Part shown: positions 9,003 through 17,526 of the stretch, in pieces
How the letters are laid out: each line of letters starts with the position of its first letter
Position numbering within the stretch: the first letter of the stretch is position 1
Source: Cenarchaeum sp.
GTDB taxonomy: Archaea; Thermoproteota; Nitrososphaeria; Nitrososphaerales; Nitrosopumilaceae
Direction: 5' to 3'
Assembly: GCA_963692915.1 (NCBI GenBank)
Contig: OY843584.1
Location: forward strand, 531,134-563,133
DNA length: 32,000 nt
Position numbers and translations under genes: made by a program
Notes under the pieces: model-generated
Seen by the model: the letters and a program-made list of their open reading frames with translations, nothing else
What the model was told of the DNA's origin: nothing
The model's database searches: none

Positions 9003-10160
9003 GTGATCGCAGACTCGCGTCTCGTGAGGGAGGCGCTTGCCAGGGAGTGGAACGAGCGCGTTGCTGCGTCATCACCACAGTGGCGCGACGGGGTGGACGG
9101 CTCGAGCCCGCCGTCAGTCTTTGTGGGTTCGCACATGTACCCGAGCCTTGGTGTCGGGCCACTTGTTCCCGCCGCACACGGTGACACGAGCATCTATGAC
9201 TCACCGGAGCGCTGGGGCGACATGTCACTTGAGGACATTGTGTCACTCCGGCTTCGACTTGTGCGCGGTGTGCGCAGGGTTCGCGCAGAGGAGACTGACA
9301 GCAGGTATGTGCGATCACTCCAAGAGGTGGCCATGGCATCGCGGCCGACTGATGCCGAGCTGAGCTTTGAGCGCCCTGCGGCCACGCAGGGCGTGCCTGA
9401 CGGGCATGCAGCGCCGTTTGGGCCAGTTGGGGAGATAAGGTCAGCGTCGTTTGCCGGCGCGCCTGTGTTTCGGACACTAGAGCGCGCGCACGAGGACACG
9501 GACATGGGGGCCGCCACGGCGATCCTTGAGCTCTACCGCGCAGGAGTGGACATTACCAGAATACAGAGGTGCCTCAGCATTGGGATGTTTGGGAAACGCC
9601 GACGGCTTGTCCCGACGCGATGGGGCATAACCGCAGTTGACTCTGTGATATCGTCCTCGCTGTCGCGCGAGGCCATGGAGATGCCCGAGCTCGACTCGTG
9701 GCGCGTGTTTGCCTCAGAAAGGCTTGGAAACATGTATGCGGTGATCCTCTATCCGCACGCATGGAGGTACGAGATGGTCGAGGCGTGGCCGAGGGAGGAT
9801 GGCACGATGGCCTTTGGGTCAGACTCTGAGGGCCATGCGGGAATTGACCACGCTCCGGCCATCGCCGGCGCGTACCACGCCGCGCGGCTCGCCGTCTGCG
9901 AGCACCTCGTGCGCATCGGCGCACACGCCGGCGCGCTCGTCCTGCGCGAGATACGGCCAGAGTACTCTGTGCCAGTTGGCGTGTGGCAGGTTCGCGAGGG
10001 CGTGCGCGAGGCGATGCGCTCCACGCACACAGTCGTGGACGGGATAGACGAGGCGATTAAGCTGGCCTCGTCCAGGACCAGCGTGAGTGCCGCCGAGTGG
10101 CTCTCGCACGGGACTACGGCACGCGAGCTGCATCAGAGGACGATTGCCGAGTTCATGTGA
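9003..10160 (+). CDS. nreA: NreA-like archaeal DNA-repair protein (DUF650/DUF651 type) with C-terminal PIP box
   Basis: Blocks PPSVFVGSHMYPSLGVGPLVP, LVPTRWGITAVDSVIS and YSVPVGVWQVREGVREA resemble the Nre family (from memory, not searched). The C-terminus is QRTIAEFM. ORF track start is 8862. TATA-like CTTTATTA (8972-8979) is 27 nt before in-frame GTG 9003. Confidence 0.6.
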   Translation: MIADSRLVREALAREWNERVAASSPQWRDGVDGSSPPSVFVGSHMYPSLGVGPLVPAAHGDTSIYDSPERWGDMSLEDIVSLRLRLVRGVRRVRAEETDSRYVRSLQEVAMASRPTDAELSFERPAATQGVPDGHAAPFGPVGEIRSASFAGAPVFRTLERAHEDTDMGAATAILELYRAGVDITRIQRCLSIGMFGKRRRLVPTRWGITAVDSVISSSLSREAMEMPELDSWRVFASERLGNMYAVILYPHAWRYEMVEAWPREDGTMAFGSDSEGHAGIDHAPAIAGAYHAARLAVCEHLVRIGAHAGALVLREIRPEYSVPVGVWQVREGVREAMRSTHTVVDGIDEAIKLASSRTSVSAAEWLSHGTTARELHQRTIAEFM

Positions 10161-10217
10161 GGCGCATCTCTGCGCCCACAGAACTGTTTATTTGTGCGCA
10201 TATGGGGTTGTGTGGGC

Positions 10218-11144
10218 ATGGTGAATGCGATGATGCTCGTGGGCATGGCGCTAGTCGCCGCACCCGTGGCATTTGCGTTTGTGGCGTATCCGGACACGTT
10301 TGAGCTTGGCTGGAACCAGGGACGCGGCGGTGCGCTCTTTGCAGTGGCCTTTGCCGTGGCCGAGCTTGCAATGCTGCGAGTCGCGATCAGCACGCACCGC
10401 ATTGCCGCATGCGTGCCCATTGCCGCCGGCGCCATCGCGTATATAGCGGCAGCCGAGTCTGGCCTGCGCGACACGCTGGCCTCGACATCGATGGCCGCCG
10501 GAGTCGAGCTGTCTGCGTCATGGGCATGGATGTGGGACATTGCGATAATCACGGCGTTTATCGTGGCCACGCTCCATGTCCTTCTCGGGCTCAGGTGGCT
10601 GCGCCTCACGCCGGCCGGCCCCATCTTTCTTGGCGGTAGCGCGCTCATCCTGGGCCTTGATGCGTACTTTCCATACAACAAGCTCGGCGCGCTCCAGTAC
10701 GTGGTTCCGTACATGGTCGAGCTAAACGTGTGGCTCGTCGGGGTCTTTGATCTTGGCGTGGCCAACGCGCGCGACAACATGATGTTCCTGAGCGGCGACC
10801 ACGGGCACTTTGCGCTCCAGGTCTTTTGGCCGTCAGCCGGCGTTCACAGCATAATCATCTATTCGCTTGTGATGATGGCGTTTCTCCTAAAGATGCGCGT
10901 GCCGGCGCACCGCAAGGCCATATGGTTTGCCATCGGCATCGTCGGGACGATCACGGTAAACGTCATTAGGATATTCCTCCTGTCGTGGTATGCGCTAAAG
11001 GTCACGACTGACGCCGAGCGCTGGGAGGAGTTCCATTCAGTCGCCGGCGAGATCATGTTCTTGCCCTGGCTCTTTGCGTTCATCGTGCTCGTCATGGCAG
11101 TCGAGACGCGCCGCGCGCGCAGGATGGAGCAGGCTCAGGAATAG
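10218..11144 (+). CDS. Exosortase/archaeosortase-family polytopic membrane protein (thaumarchaeosortase-like)
   Basis: Multiple hydrophobic spans. Family-like motifs FWPSAGVHSIIIYS (at the position of the CSG motif), TVNVIRIFLL (N..R) and EEFHSVAGE (H...G). ATG 10218 is 28 nt downstream of GTTTATTT (10186-10193). Confidence 0.6.
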   Translation: MVNAMMLVGMALVAAPVAFAFVAYPDTFELGWNQGRGGALFAVAFAVAELAMLRVAISTHRIAACVPIAAGAIAYIAAAESGLRDTLASTSMAAGVELSASWAWMWDIAIITAFIVATLHVLLGLRWLRLTPAGPIFLGGSALILGLDAYFPYNKLGALQYVVPYMVELNVWLVGVFDLGVANARDNMMFLSGDHGHFALQVFWPSAGVHSIIIYSLVMMAFLLKMRVPAHRKAIWFAIGIVGTITVNVIRIFLLSWYALKVTTDAERWEEFHSVAGEIMFLPWLFAFIVLVMAVETRRARRMEQAQE

Positions 11145-12226
11145 TCGTCCATGCTGGCCTGACCGCCGGCCTCTCCGAGCTCAGACACCCTGACCCCTAG
11201 GCGCCTCACGGGGATCTCTTGGGACTTTAGCGCTTCCTGCAGGAGCGACAGCGCGGCGCGCTCCATCTCGCGCAGCGACGACGTTGGGCTTCGAAGCGTA
11301 GTCGATCGTGATCTCGTTGCCATGTTTGCCTGGATGATCTGTATCCCCACACAACGAAACGTCCTCGAGTCGGCAGTAATGGCCCTGTGGACGCCTTCGC
11401 ACAGGGGCCCGACGCTTGCGGACAGAAACCCCGAGTCAGTCGAGTCACGCGAGAGCGTCACGATCTTGCTGTACTGGACGTTGGGCCCGCGCTCGGCCAC
11501 CGGCTCGTCGTCCTTTCCATTTGACACGTTATGCAGGTGTGTTCCCATGCGCCGCCCATATGCCTCGACTAGCGAAAAGACGCCACGTTCACGAATGTCT
11601 GCGACTGTCTTTAGCCCGTTTGAGACCAGTGACTCCTCTGCCCTCTTGCCGAGGCCGGGTATCTTGCGCACGCCCATTGGCCCCATGAACTCCTTTACTG
11701 TCTCTGGCGTCACAACCGTGAGGCCATCGGGCTTTTGATGGTCAGACGCAATCTTTGCGACCAGCCTGTTTGGCGCCACCCCTATCGAGCACGTGAGTGA
11801 CACGCCTGCACGCACGTCGTTCTTTACCTGCTGCGCTATGTGTCGCGCAGTGTCATAGCTCCCCGATGTCCTCTGCGTCACGTCCAGGTATGCCTCATCA
11901 CGCCCGACATACTCGAATATGTCCGCATGTCCCCTGATTATCTCCATCGCGCGCTCCGAGATATCGCCATAAAACCCAAAGTCAACTGGCAAAAACTCTG
12001 CCTCCGGCACGTCCTCTAGGCGCCTGCGGGCCAGGCTTATCGACATGCCGGACTTTACGCCATGCTCGCGTGCCACATAGTTTGCCGTCGCGACTGCGCC
12101 ACTGTCCCCACCCCTCCCGGAAAAGACGCAGACCACGAGCGGGACTGCGCAAAGGGCAGGCCTGCGCGTCTCCTCGCACTGTGCGTAGAAATGGTCAAAG
12201 TCCACGTGCATGACTATTCTCTCCAT
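11135..12226 (-). CDS. dinB: Y-family DNA polymerase IV (DinB/Dpo4-like)
   Basis: MERIVMHVDFDHFYAQCEE... (the DxD..F.A..E motif), ANYVAREHGVKSGM, and C-terminal little-finger region. ATG 12226 is preferred over ORF-track 12274 because TATA GATATATG (rc of 12253-12260) lies 30 nt upstream. Confidence 0.9.
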   Translation of the reverse strand: MERIVMHVDFDHFYAQCEETRRPALCAVPLVVCVFSGRGGDSGAVATANYVAREHGVKSGMSISLARRRLEDVPEAEFLPVDFGFYGDISERAMEIIRGHADIFEYVGRDEAYLDVTQRTSGSYDTARHIAQQVKNDVRAGVSLTCSIGVAPNRLVAKIASDHQKPDGLTVVTPETVKEFMGPMGVRKIPGLGKRAEESLVSNGLKTVADIRERGVFSLVEAYGRRMGTHLHNVSNGKDDEPVAERGPNVQYSKIVTLSRDSTDSGFLSASVGPLCEGVHRAITADSRTFRCVGIQIIQANMATRSRSTTLRSPTSSLREMERAALSLLQEALKSQEIPVRRLGVRVSELGEAGGQASMDDYS

Positions 12227-12343
12227 CTGCGCGCAGCGGCCCGCACACGGGCCATATATCTCGCTGGCGCGCAAGGGTCGGCAGGACCGCCCCTGTGACC
12301 ACCGGGTGTTGGGCTAAATAGCCCCCCCGCGCCGCTGCCCCCC

Positions 12344-13192
12344 ATGGAGAGGGCGGTGTCTGCCGGCGAGGGCGGAATGAAGGTCAGGCCCGAGCTCATG
12401 GAGACTGACACGCTATACCATTGCATTGCGGGAGGCAGGCTCATGCTGGTGTATCGCGACGCGCAGGAGATAATGCACTGCTATGAGGTTGATGACGAGA
12501 GCCTGCTCAAAGCCGTTCGCTCGTGTCCTACCTATGAGGAGGCCTCGCGCCTGCTAGAGCGCATGGGCGAGGGGGACATGAATAGGGTTATTAACCAACA
12601 GGATCCGAGTGATGCCACAATGAGCGCAGACAGCGACGCCGCAAAGGTTTACAGCGAATACACGTCATCGAGTTCGGATTCAGGTGAGGCCTCGCAGAAC
12701 ACGTCATCAGAGCGACCGCTAGAGATGCATCCCGAAGGTGCGGCTAGCGCCGGTTCGGGTGACTCGTGCGGATGCCATGGGGAGGGCGGCTCATGCGAAG
12801 GTGATGGTGCGTCGAGCCAGTCCGGAGACAGGCCCGAGGGCGGCCATGACAGCCATGGTGACGGCCATGGCGCAGACGGCGCGAGAGAGGGTGAAGGCTC
12901 AAAGCAGGACAACGAGCCACGCGACAGGAGTGTTGTGCTCATCGGCATAAAGCCGATCATGACATATGTCACGGCAACGCTCACGCAGCTTGCCACGCTT
13001 CCAAAGATAACGATAAAAGCGCGCGGAAAGCGCATAACGCAGGCCGTGGACGTCTCGCAGATGATTGTAAAGAGAATGAACACCGTTGGATACCAGATAT
13101 CTGACGTTCGAATCGCCTCGGACAGCTTTACTGGCGAGGACGGGCGAAACCGCAAAATCTCCACAATGGAGATTGACATCATAAAGTCCTAG
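12344..13192 (+). CDS. albA: Alba (Sac10b) DNA/RNA-binding domain protein with an approximately 190-aa N-terminal extension
   Basis: The C-terminal ~90 aa (VVLIGIKPIMTYVTATLTQLATLPKITIKARGKRITQAVDVSQMIVKRM...ISTMEIDIIKS) are a typical Alba fold sequence. The frame is uninterrupted from ATG 12344, which sits 27 nt downstream of CTAAATAG (12314-12321). Confidence 0.8.
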   Translation: MERAVSAGEGGMKVRPELMETDTLYHCIAGGRLMLVYRDAQEIMHCYEVDDESLLKAVRSCPTYEEASRLLERMGEGDMNRVINQQDPSDATMSADSDAAKVYSEYTSSSSDSGEASQNTSSERPLEMHPEGAASAGSGDSCGCHGEGGSCEGDGASSQSGDRPEGGHDSHGDGHGADGAREGEGSKQDNEPRDRSVVLIGIKPIMTYVTATLTQLATLPKITIKARGKRITQAVDVSQMIVKRMNTVGYQISDVRIASDSFTGEDGRNRKISTMEIDIIKS

Positions 13193-13824
13193 GCGCGTAT
13201 AGCCTCTAGCGCAAACAGCACTCCAATTCCTGCCATTGTCACAACGAGCGCAATGTCTGTTACGCGGCGCACGCGCCCCTGCATCACAGTTGAGCCCCTC
13301 CGTGCCAGCGCGGCAACTGCTGCGAGCCACACAATGTCCATGGGTATGTGCAGCGCAAAGAGGATCGGCGGACCCCATGAGGAGAGTATGTCTGTAGAGT
13401 CGGTGACGAGCTTTAGGCCAACAGTTGCCCACCATGCCCAAAAGAACGGGTTGATCGCGCTTAGTGCAGCACCCATTGCAAGCGCACTGTGCATGCCGGC
13501 GCGAGACTGGGCCTTTGAGCCCCTGTGCGATCCAAGGGTACTGCGCGCATGGATGGCTGCAAACGCAAAGAGCCCTGCTGCGCCAAGCGCCGAGACTGCA
13601 GCATGCGCTCCGGGGACTGACCCGAGCGGCACGATTCCTGCCCCGAGCGCAATGACGAGGGGCAGCTCGATGGCAGCGTGACCAATCGCAAGAAGGACTC
13701 CGGCACGCATGCCGCCGCCGCGCATTCCGAGGGCGATGCCGGCGGCAAGAAGCGGTCCGGGCGCGAGTGCGCCAGAGATGGACACGGCTGCAACGGTGGC
13801 CGCAAACGGCCCTAGGGCTTCCAA
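13189..13824 (-). CDS. LysE/RhtB-family amino-acid exporter
   Basis: 211-aa hydrophobic protein whose N-terminus carries the PGP motif (GALAPGPLLAAGIALG). The TTG start is 3 nt after the upstream gene's stop, so the genes look like an operon. Confidence 0.7.
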   Translation of the reverse strand: MEALGPFAATVAAVSISGALAPGPLLAAGIALGMRGGGMRAGVLLAIGHAAIELPLVIALGAGIVPLGSVPGAHAAVSALGAAGLFAFAAIHARSTLGSHRGSKAQSRAGMHSALAMGAALSAINPFFWAWWATVGLKLVTDSTDILSSWGPPILFALHIPMDIVWLAAVAALARRGSTVMQGRVRRVTDIALVVTMAGIGVLFALEAIRA

Positions 13825-13827
13825 CTT

Positions 13828-14559
13828 CTAGCCGTACATTCCGCGCTTTAGCACGCCCTCGCCGGATTCAGTCTTGGCCTCGCGAATTGCAAGCTCGGCC
13901 TTTTCGGCCTCTGCCTGTAGCGTCGCCATGTCGCACGCCGTGCCGGGCACTAGCCGTGACATTGCCGTGCACAGGAGCGCACCTGCACGATAGTCTGCGC
14001 CTTCGTGCGTGGGGTTGAATAGCACCACAATGACGTTCTGGCTGTTGAGTGCGCCATAGTTGAGCAGCGATCCGGGTATTCCTGTCACCATTCCGGTTTC
14101 CATGACCTCCATTGACGCATCTGATATCTTTTTTCGCGCGTCATCCGTGCTGCCTGCTGCCATGATCTTTCCCTCTGGCATCTGCGTCCCGACTGCAACA
14201 CTGCTGACTATCCACGAGACCTTGTGATCGCGCGCCCACCTGAGCATCATGCGCGCTATGGGCTTGTGCTCTGAGGCCGGAAGCGAGAGATATGAGGAAA
14301 AGACTGCGACCTTTATCTTGCTGTTGGCAAACACGCGAGTTGGATGAAATGGCCGCGAGTTCTGAACCATGCTCACCGGCGGAAACTTGTCCGAGTCAAT
14401 CGTCGCGACGGGGGTGAACTTCATCGTGTTTATGAGCGATGCCGAGGCGATTGCGCTCGTGTGCCCAGTTGAGGGAAACCCGTCTATGAGGTAGCCGCCC
14501 TCAACGTCTGTGGATTCTAGCTCGTTTATGTGGTACCTTTGGTTCGTGAGCCGCCGCAA
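13828..14559 (-). CDS. PAC2-family protein (proteasome-assembly-chaperone-like, PbaA/B type)
   Basis: YLIDGFPSTGHTSAIAS near the N-terminus and overall PAC2/COG2047-like organisation with a C-terminal helical tail. TTG start. Confidence 0.55.
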   Translation of the reverse strand: MRRLTNQRYHINELESTDVEGGYLIDGFPSTGHTSAIASASLINTMKFTPVATIDSDKFPPVSMVQNSRPFHPTRVFANSKIKVAVFSSYLSLPASEHKPIARMMLRWARDHKVSWIVSSVAVGTQMPEGKIMAAGSTDDARKKISDASMEVMETGMVTGIPGSLLNYGALNSQNVIVVLFNPTHEGADYRAGALLCTAMSRLVPGTACDMATLQAEAEKAELAIREAKTESGEGVLKRGMYG

Positions 14560-14580
14560 GCGACCAACAATAATAGTATT

Positions 14581-15534
14581 TCACCCATCACGGCGACCTT
14601 CCATGCGCTCCAGGAGGGCCGCATAGAGAAACGGCAGTGCCACCGTGGCCTCGGCGTGGAGCGTCGCCTGCCGCGCCCCCTTTGCAACCTTTCCCCACGA
14701 CACGGCTTCTCTGACCGGTGCGCCGCTCAGACTGCCGTCGTGCTCATCAGCAGTAGTCACGTACAGCGCATAGTCGAGGCCACCACGGTACTGGTTCCAC
14801 CATAGCGTGTGGTGCTTTGATATCCCGCCGCCCACCATGAGTGCACCTGACCTCTTTGCGCCAAACACTAGCCCTGAGAGCATCTCAGAGTCCCTCACTA
14901 TGTCGAGCGCAAACTCCGCATGTCCCTGGCAGAACGTCCAGACCTGGCTGCCAACGGCACCGTCCATTATTCCTGGCACGATCACGGGTATGCCATTCTT
15001 GGCTGCCCAGTGCAGGAACGAGTCCTCGCCCGTGTGCTCACCGATAATCCTGGTCACGTCGGCAGTGGAGACAGAGCGCGTGCCCGAGTCGTACTCTGCG
15101 GCCAGGAACCCTTGCATCTTTTCCTCGATCAGCGTTCCATAGCTTGACGCGGGCACAAGAACGCTGCCTAGGCGGTGGATGTCCTGGTCTGCGAGCTCCG
15201 AGTCATCCATCGTGAACGAGCCGGCGTTATAGTCAGCAAACGAGCGTGCAAGGTCATGGTCCAGCGCGCCACACGTCGTGATAATGACATCAAACATGCG
15301 CCTCTTTGCCATGTCGCGCATGATGCCGCGTAGGCCAGTTGACATTGTCGCGCCCACAAACGAGAGGAACTTTAGGCATTTGTCGTCTGATTCCATATCA
15401 TGGAGTATGTCGAGTCCTGCGGCCATGTTTATGGACTCAAATCCGCCCGAGCCGGCCATCTCGGATATTATCCCCGCCGGTGACGAGTTGGCGCGTATGC
15501 TAATGTCCTTGACGGCATCGCCGAGCTCAACCAT
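14581..15534 (-). CDS. dys: Deoxyhypusine synthase
   Basis: Blocks GATMSTGLRGIM, IITTCGALDHDL and EAVSWGKV (the active-site Lys context) resemble DHS. ATG 15534 is 27 nt downstream of TTTTATTA (rc of 15557-15564). The ORF track uses GTG 15540. Confidence 0.85.
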   Translation of the reverse strand: MVELGDAVKDISIRANSSPAGIISEMAGSGGFESINMAAGLDILHDMESDDKCLKFLSFVGATMSTGLRGIMRDMAKRRMFDVIITTCGALDHDLARSFADYNAGSFTMDDSELADQDIHRLGSVLVPASSYGTLIEEKMQGFLAAEYDSGTRSVSTADVTRIIGEHTGEDSFLHWAAKNGIPVIVPGIMDGAVGSQVWTFCQGHAEFALDIVRDSEMLSGLVFGAKRSGALMVGGGISKHHTLWWNQYRGGLDYALYVTTADEHDGSLSGAPVREAVSWGKVAKGARQATLHAEATVALPFLYAALLERMEGRRDG

Positions 15535-15807
15535 GCGCACGCCGCAAAGACGCCGGTAATAAAACCCTGACTAGGCGTGACGCCTTTGGGGGCACGCGCA
15601 GCGGCGCAAAGTCTGAACTTTGGCATGGCAGCTCTGATCGCCACATGGTCATGCGATGTGGCCGATACGGCAGACACTCGTTGAGTTGCATGCCCGCGAC
15701 CCCCTGTTCGCGCACATGCCCTGCTTGGGGCCGATTTGGATCCGGTGCGCACGGTCGTCTTGGAACGGCACGCGCCTATAACTTAAATTGAGCCTAATGT
15801 CCCACCG

Positions 15808-16908
15808 TTGACATTGGCAGACAAGATCAAGGTTGCCCTCGTGGGCATTGGAAACTGCTTTGCGGGTCTCATACAGGGAATAGAGTACTATCGGCGCAAC
15901 CCCACGCAAGAGGTTATTGGCATAATCCACGACAAGATCGCCGGCCGCGGAATTCATGACATTGAGTTTGTGTGCGGCTTTGATGTGGGGGACAACAAGG
16001 TCGGCTCGACGATAAACGAAGCCATATACTCCAAGCCAAACATGGTCACCTGGATACCCAGGGATGAGATGCCCAAGACGAGCGCAACGGTCTACGAGGC
16101 ACCCGCGCTTGACGGTGTTGGCATATGGGTTCACAACCGCATAAACCCGATCAAGAGCGACACGAGTGTGGAGGAGCTTGGCGAGACGGCAAGAAAGGTG
16201 CTGCGCGAGACGGGAGCTGAGGTTCTCGTGTCATACCTTCCCGTGGGTTCCGAGGAGGCCACAAAGTTCTGGGCACAGGTGTGCCTTGACACAAAGACGG
16301 CGTTTGTCAACTGCATCCCGTCGTTTATCGCGTCAGATGAGACATGGGCGAAAAAGTTTGCTGAGCGCGGCGTGCCCGTTATCGGTGATGACATCAAGGG
16401 GCAGGTTGGCGCAACGATCGTCCATCGCACGCTTGCAAAGCTGTGCAATGACCGCGGAACAAAAATAGAAAAGACATACCAGATCAACGTGGGGGGAAAT
16501 ACTGACTTTTTGAACATGAAGGAGCAGGATCGGCTTGTGAGCAAAAGGATCTCAAAGACCGAGAGCGTACAGAGCCAGCTTGATGAGCGGCTGGATGATG
16601 ACAACATATACGTCGGCCCATCGGACTTTATACCGTTTCTTGGCAACACAAAGCTCATGTTTATGCGAATAGAGGGCAGACAGTGGGCAAACATCCCGTA
16701 TAACATGGAGGTTCGGCTCGATGTTGATGACAAGGCCAACTCGGCGGGAATCGTCATCGATGCGATCCGGCTCGCAAAGCTTGCGCTCGAGCAGGGGATT
16801 GGAGGGCCAGTCCATGAGGCGTGCGCATATCTCATGAAGCACCCGCCGCGCCAGATGGGCGACCAGGATGCGCGCAGGGCGTGCGACGAGCTAATCTCGG
16901 GCGCCTAG
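15808..16908 (+). CDS. ino1: myo-Inositol-1-phosphate synthase (actinobacterial/archaeal type)
   Basis: KVALVGIGNCFAGLIQGIEYY N-terminus typical of Ino1. TTG start preceded by TATAACTTAAAT (15777-15789). Confidence 0.85.
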   Translation: MTLADKIKVALVGIGNCFAGLIQGIEYYRRNPTQEVIGIIHDKIAGRGIHDIEFVCGFDVGDNKVGSTINEAIYSKPNMVTWIPRDEMPKTSATVYEAPALDGVGIWVHNRINPIKSDTSVEELGETARKVLRETGAEVLVSYLPVGSEEATKFWAQVCLDTKTAFVNCIPSFIASDETWAKKFAERGVPVIGDDIKGQVGATIVHRTLAKLCNDRGTKIEKTYQINVGGNTDFLNMKEQDRLVSKRISKTESVQSQLDERLDDDNIYVGPSDFIPFLGNTKLMFMRIEGRQWANIPYNMEVRLDVDDKANSAGIVIDAIRLAKLALEQGIGGPVHEACAYLMKHPPRQMGDQDARRACDELISGA

Positions 16909-17520
16909 CGCGGCGCGGAGGCTCTCGGAGAGTGACGGCTTGTCTGGCTGCGCAATGACATAGTCGAGGTCATCGCGCGTGTCGACATCTAGCATTACCC
17001 TGCGGACCAGGGCAAGCGTCGTGCGCAGGCCTGCCGCATGGGCAGTCGCGACGTGTATCCTGTGGCTGTCCTCGTCATAGTGCGTCTCGTGCGCGCATGG
17101 CGGCGAGCGCACGAGGGCGTTGGTCCCGTCGAGGCGCCTCGAGGGCACCACGAGGGAGCCGTGCTGCGGGGCCAGGCGCAGTATGGCGTCAATGTCGCCG
17201 GCCTCCACGAGGGGTATGTCCTGGGGGATGACTAGCGATGCCCCATAGTCGCCGGCCACGCCGTCAGCGAGCGAGACAGCCCCATTGACACCGGCCTCGC
17301 GTGGCTCGTCGACGACCTCGGCGCCTGCCCTTGATGCGACAGACGCCGCACGCGCGTCTCCGGTGACGACGACTGTTGCTGACACCTGCGAGGAGACGAC
17401 GGCGTCTAGGACAGATCCGAGCATTGTCTCGCACACTGCCTCGCGTGCCGCACGGCTGGCGTCTAGCCGGGACTTTGCGCGCGCGAATGACTTTACGGGT
17501 ATGATTGCCACGGCGTCCAT
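16891..17520 (-). CDS. cofC: 2-phospho-L-lactate guanylyltransferase (F420 biosynthesis)
   Basis: MDAVAIIPVKSFARAKSRL... is a typical CofC N-terminus. It lies 6 nt downstream of cofD on the same strand. Confidence 0.85.
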   Translation of the reverse strand: MDAVAIIPVKSFARAKSRLDASRAAREAVCETMLGSVLDAVVSSQVSATVVVTGDARAASVASRAGAEVVDEPREAGVNGAVSLADGVAGDYGASLVIPQDIPLVEAGDIDAILRLAPQHGSLVVPSRRLDGTNALVRSPPCAHETHYDEDSHRIHVATAHAAGLRTTLALVRRVMLDVDTRDDLDYVIAQPDKPSLSESLRAALGARD

Positions 17521-17526
17521 TATGTC

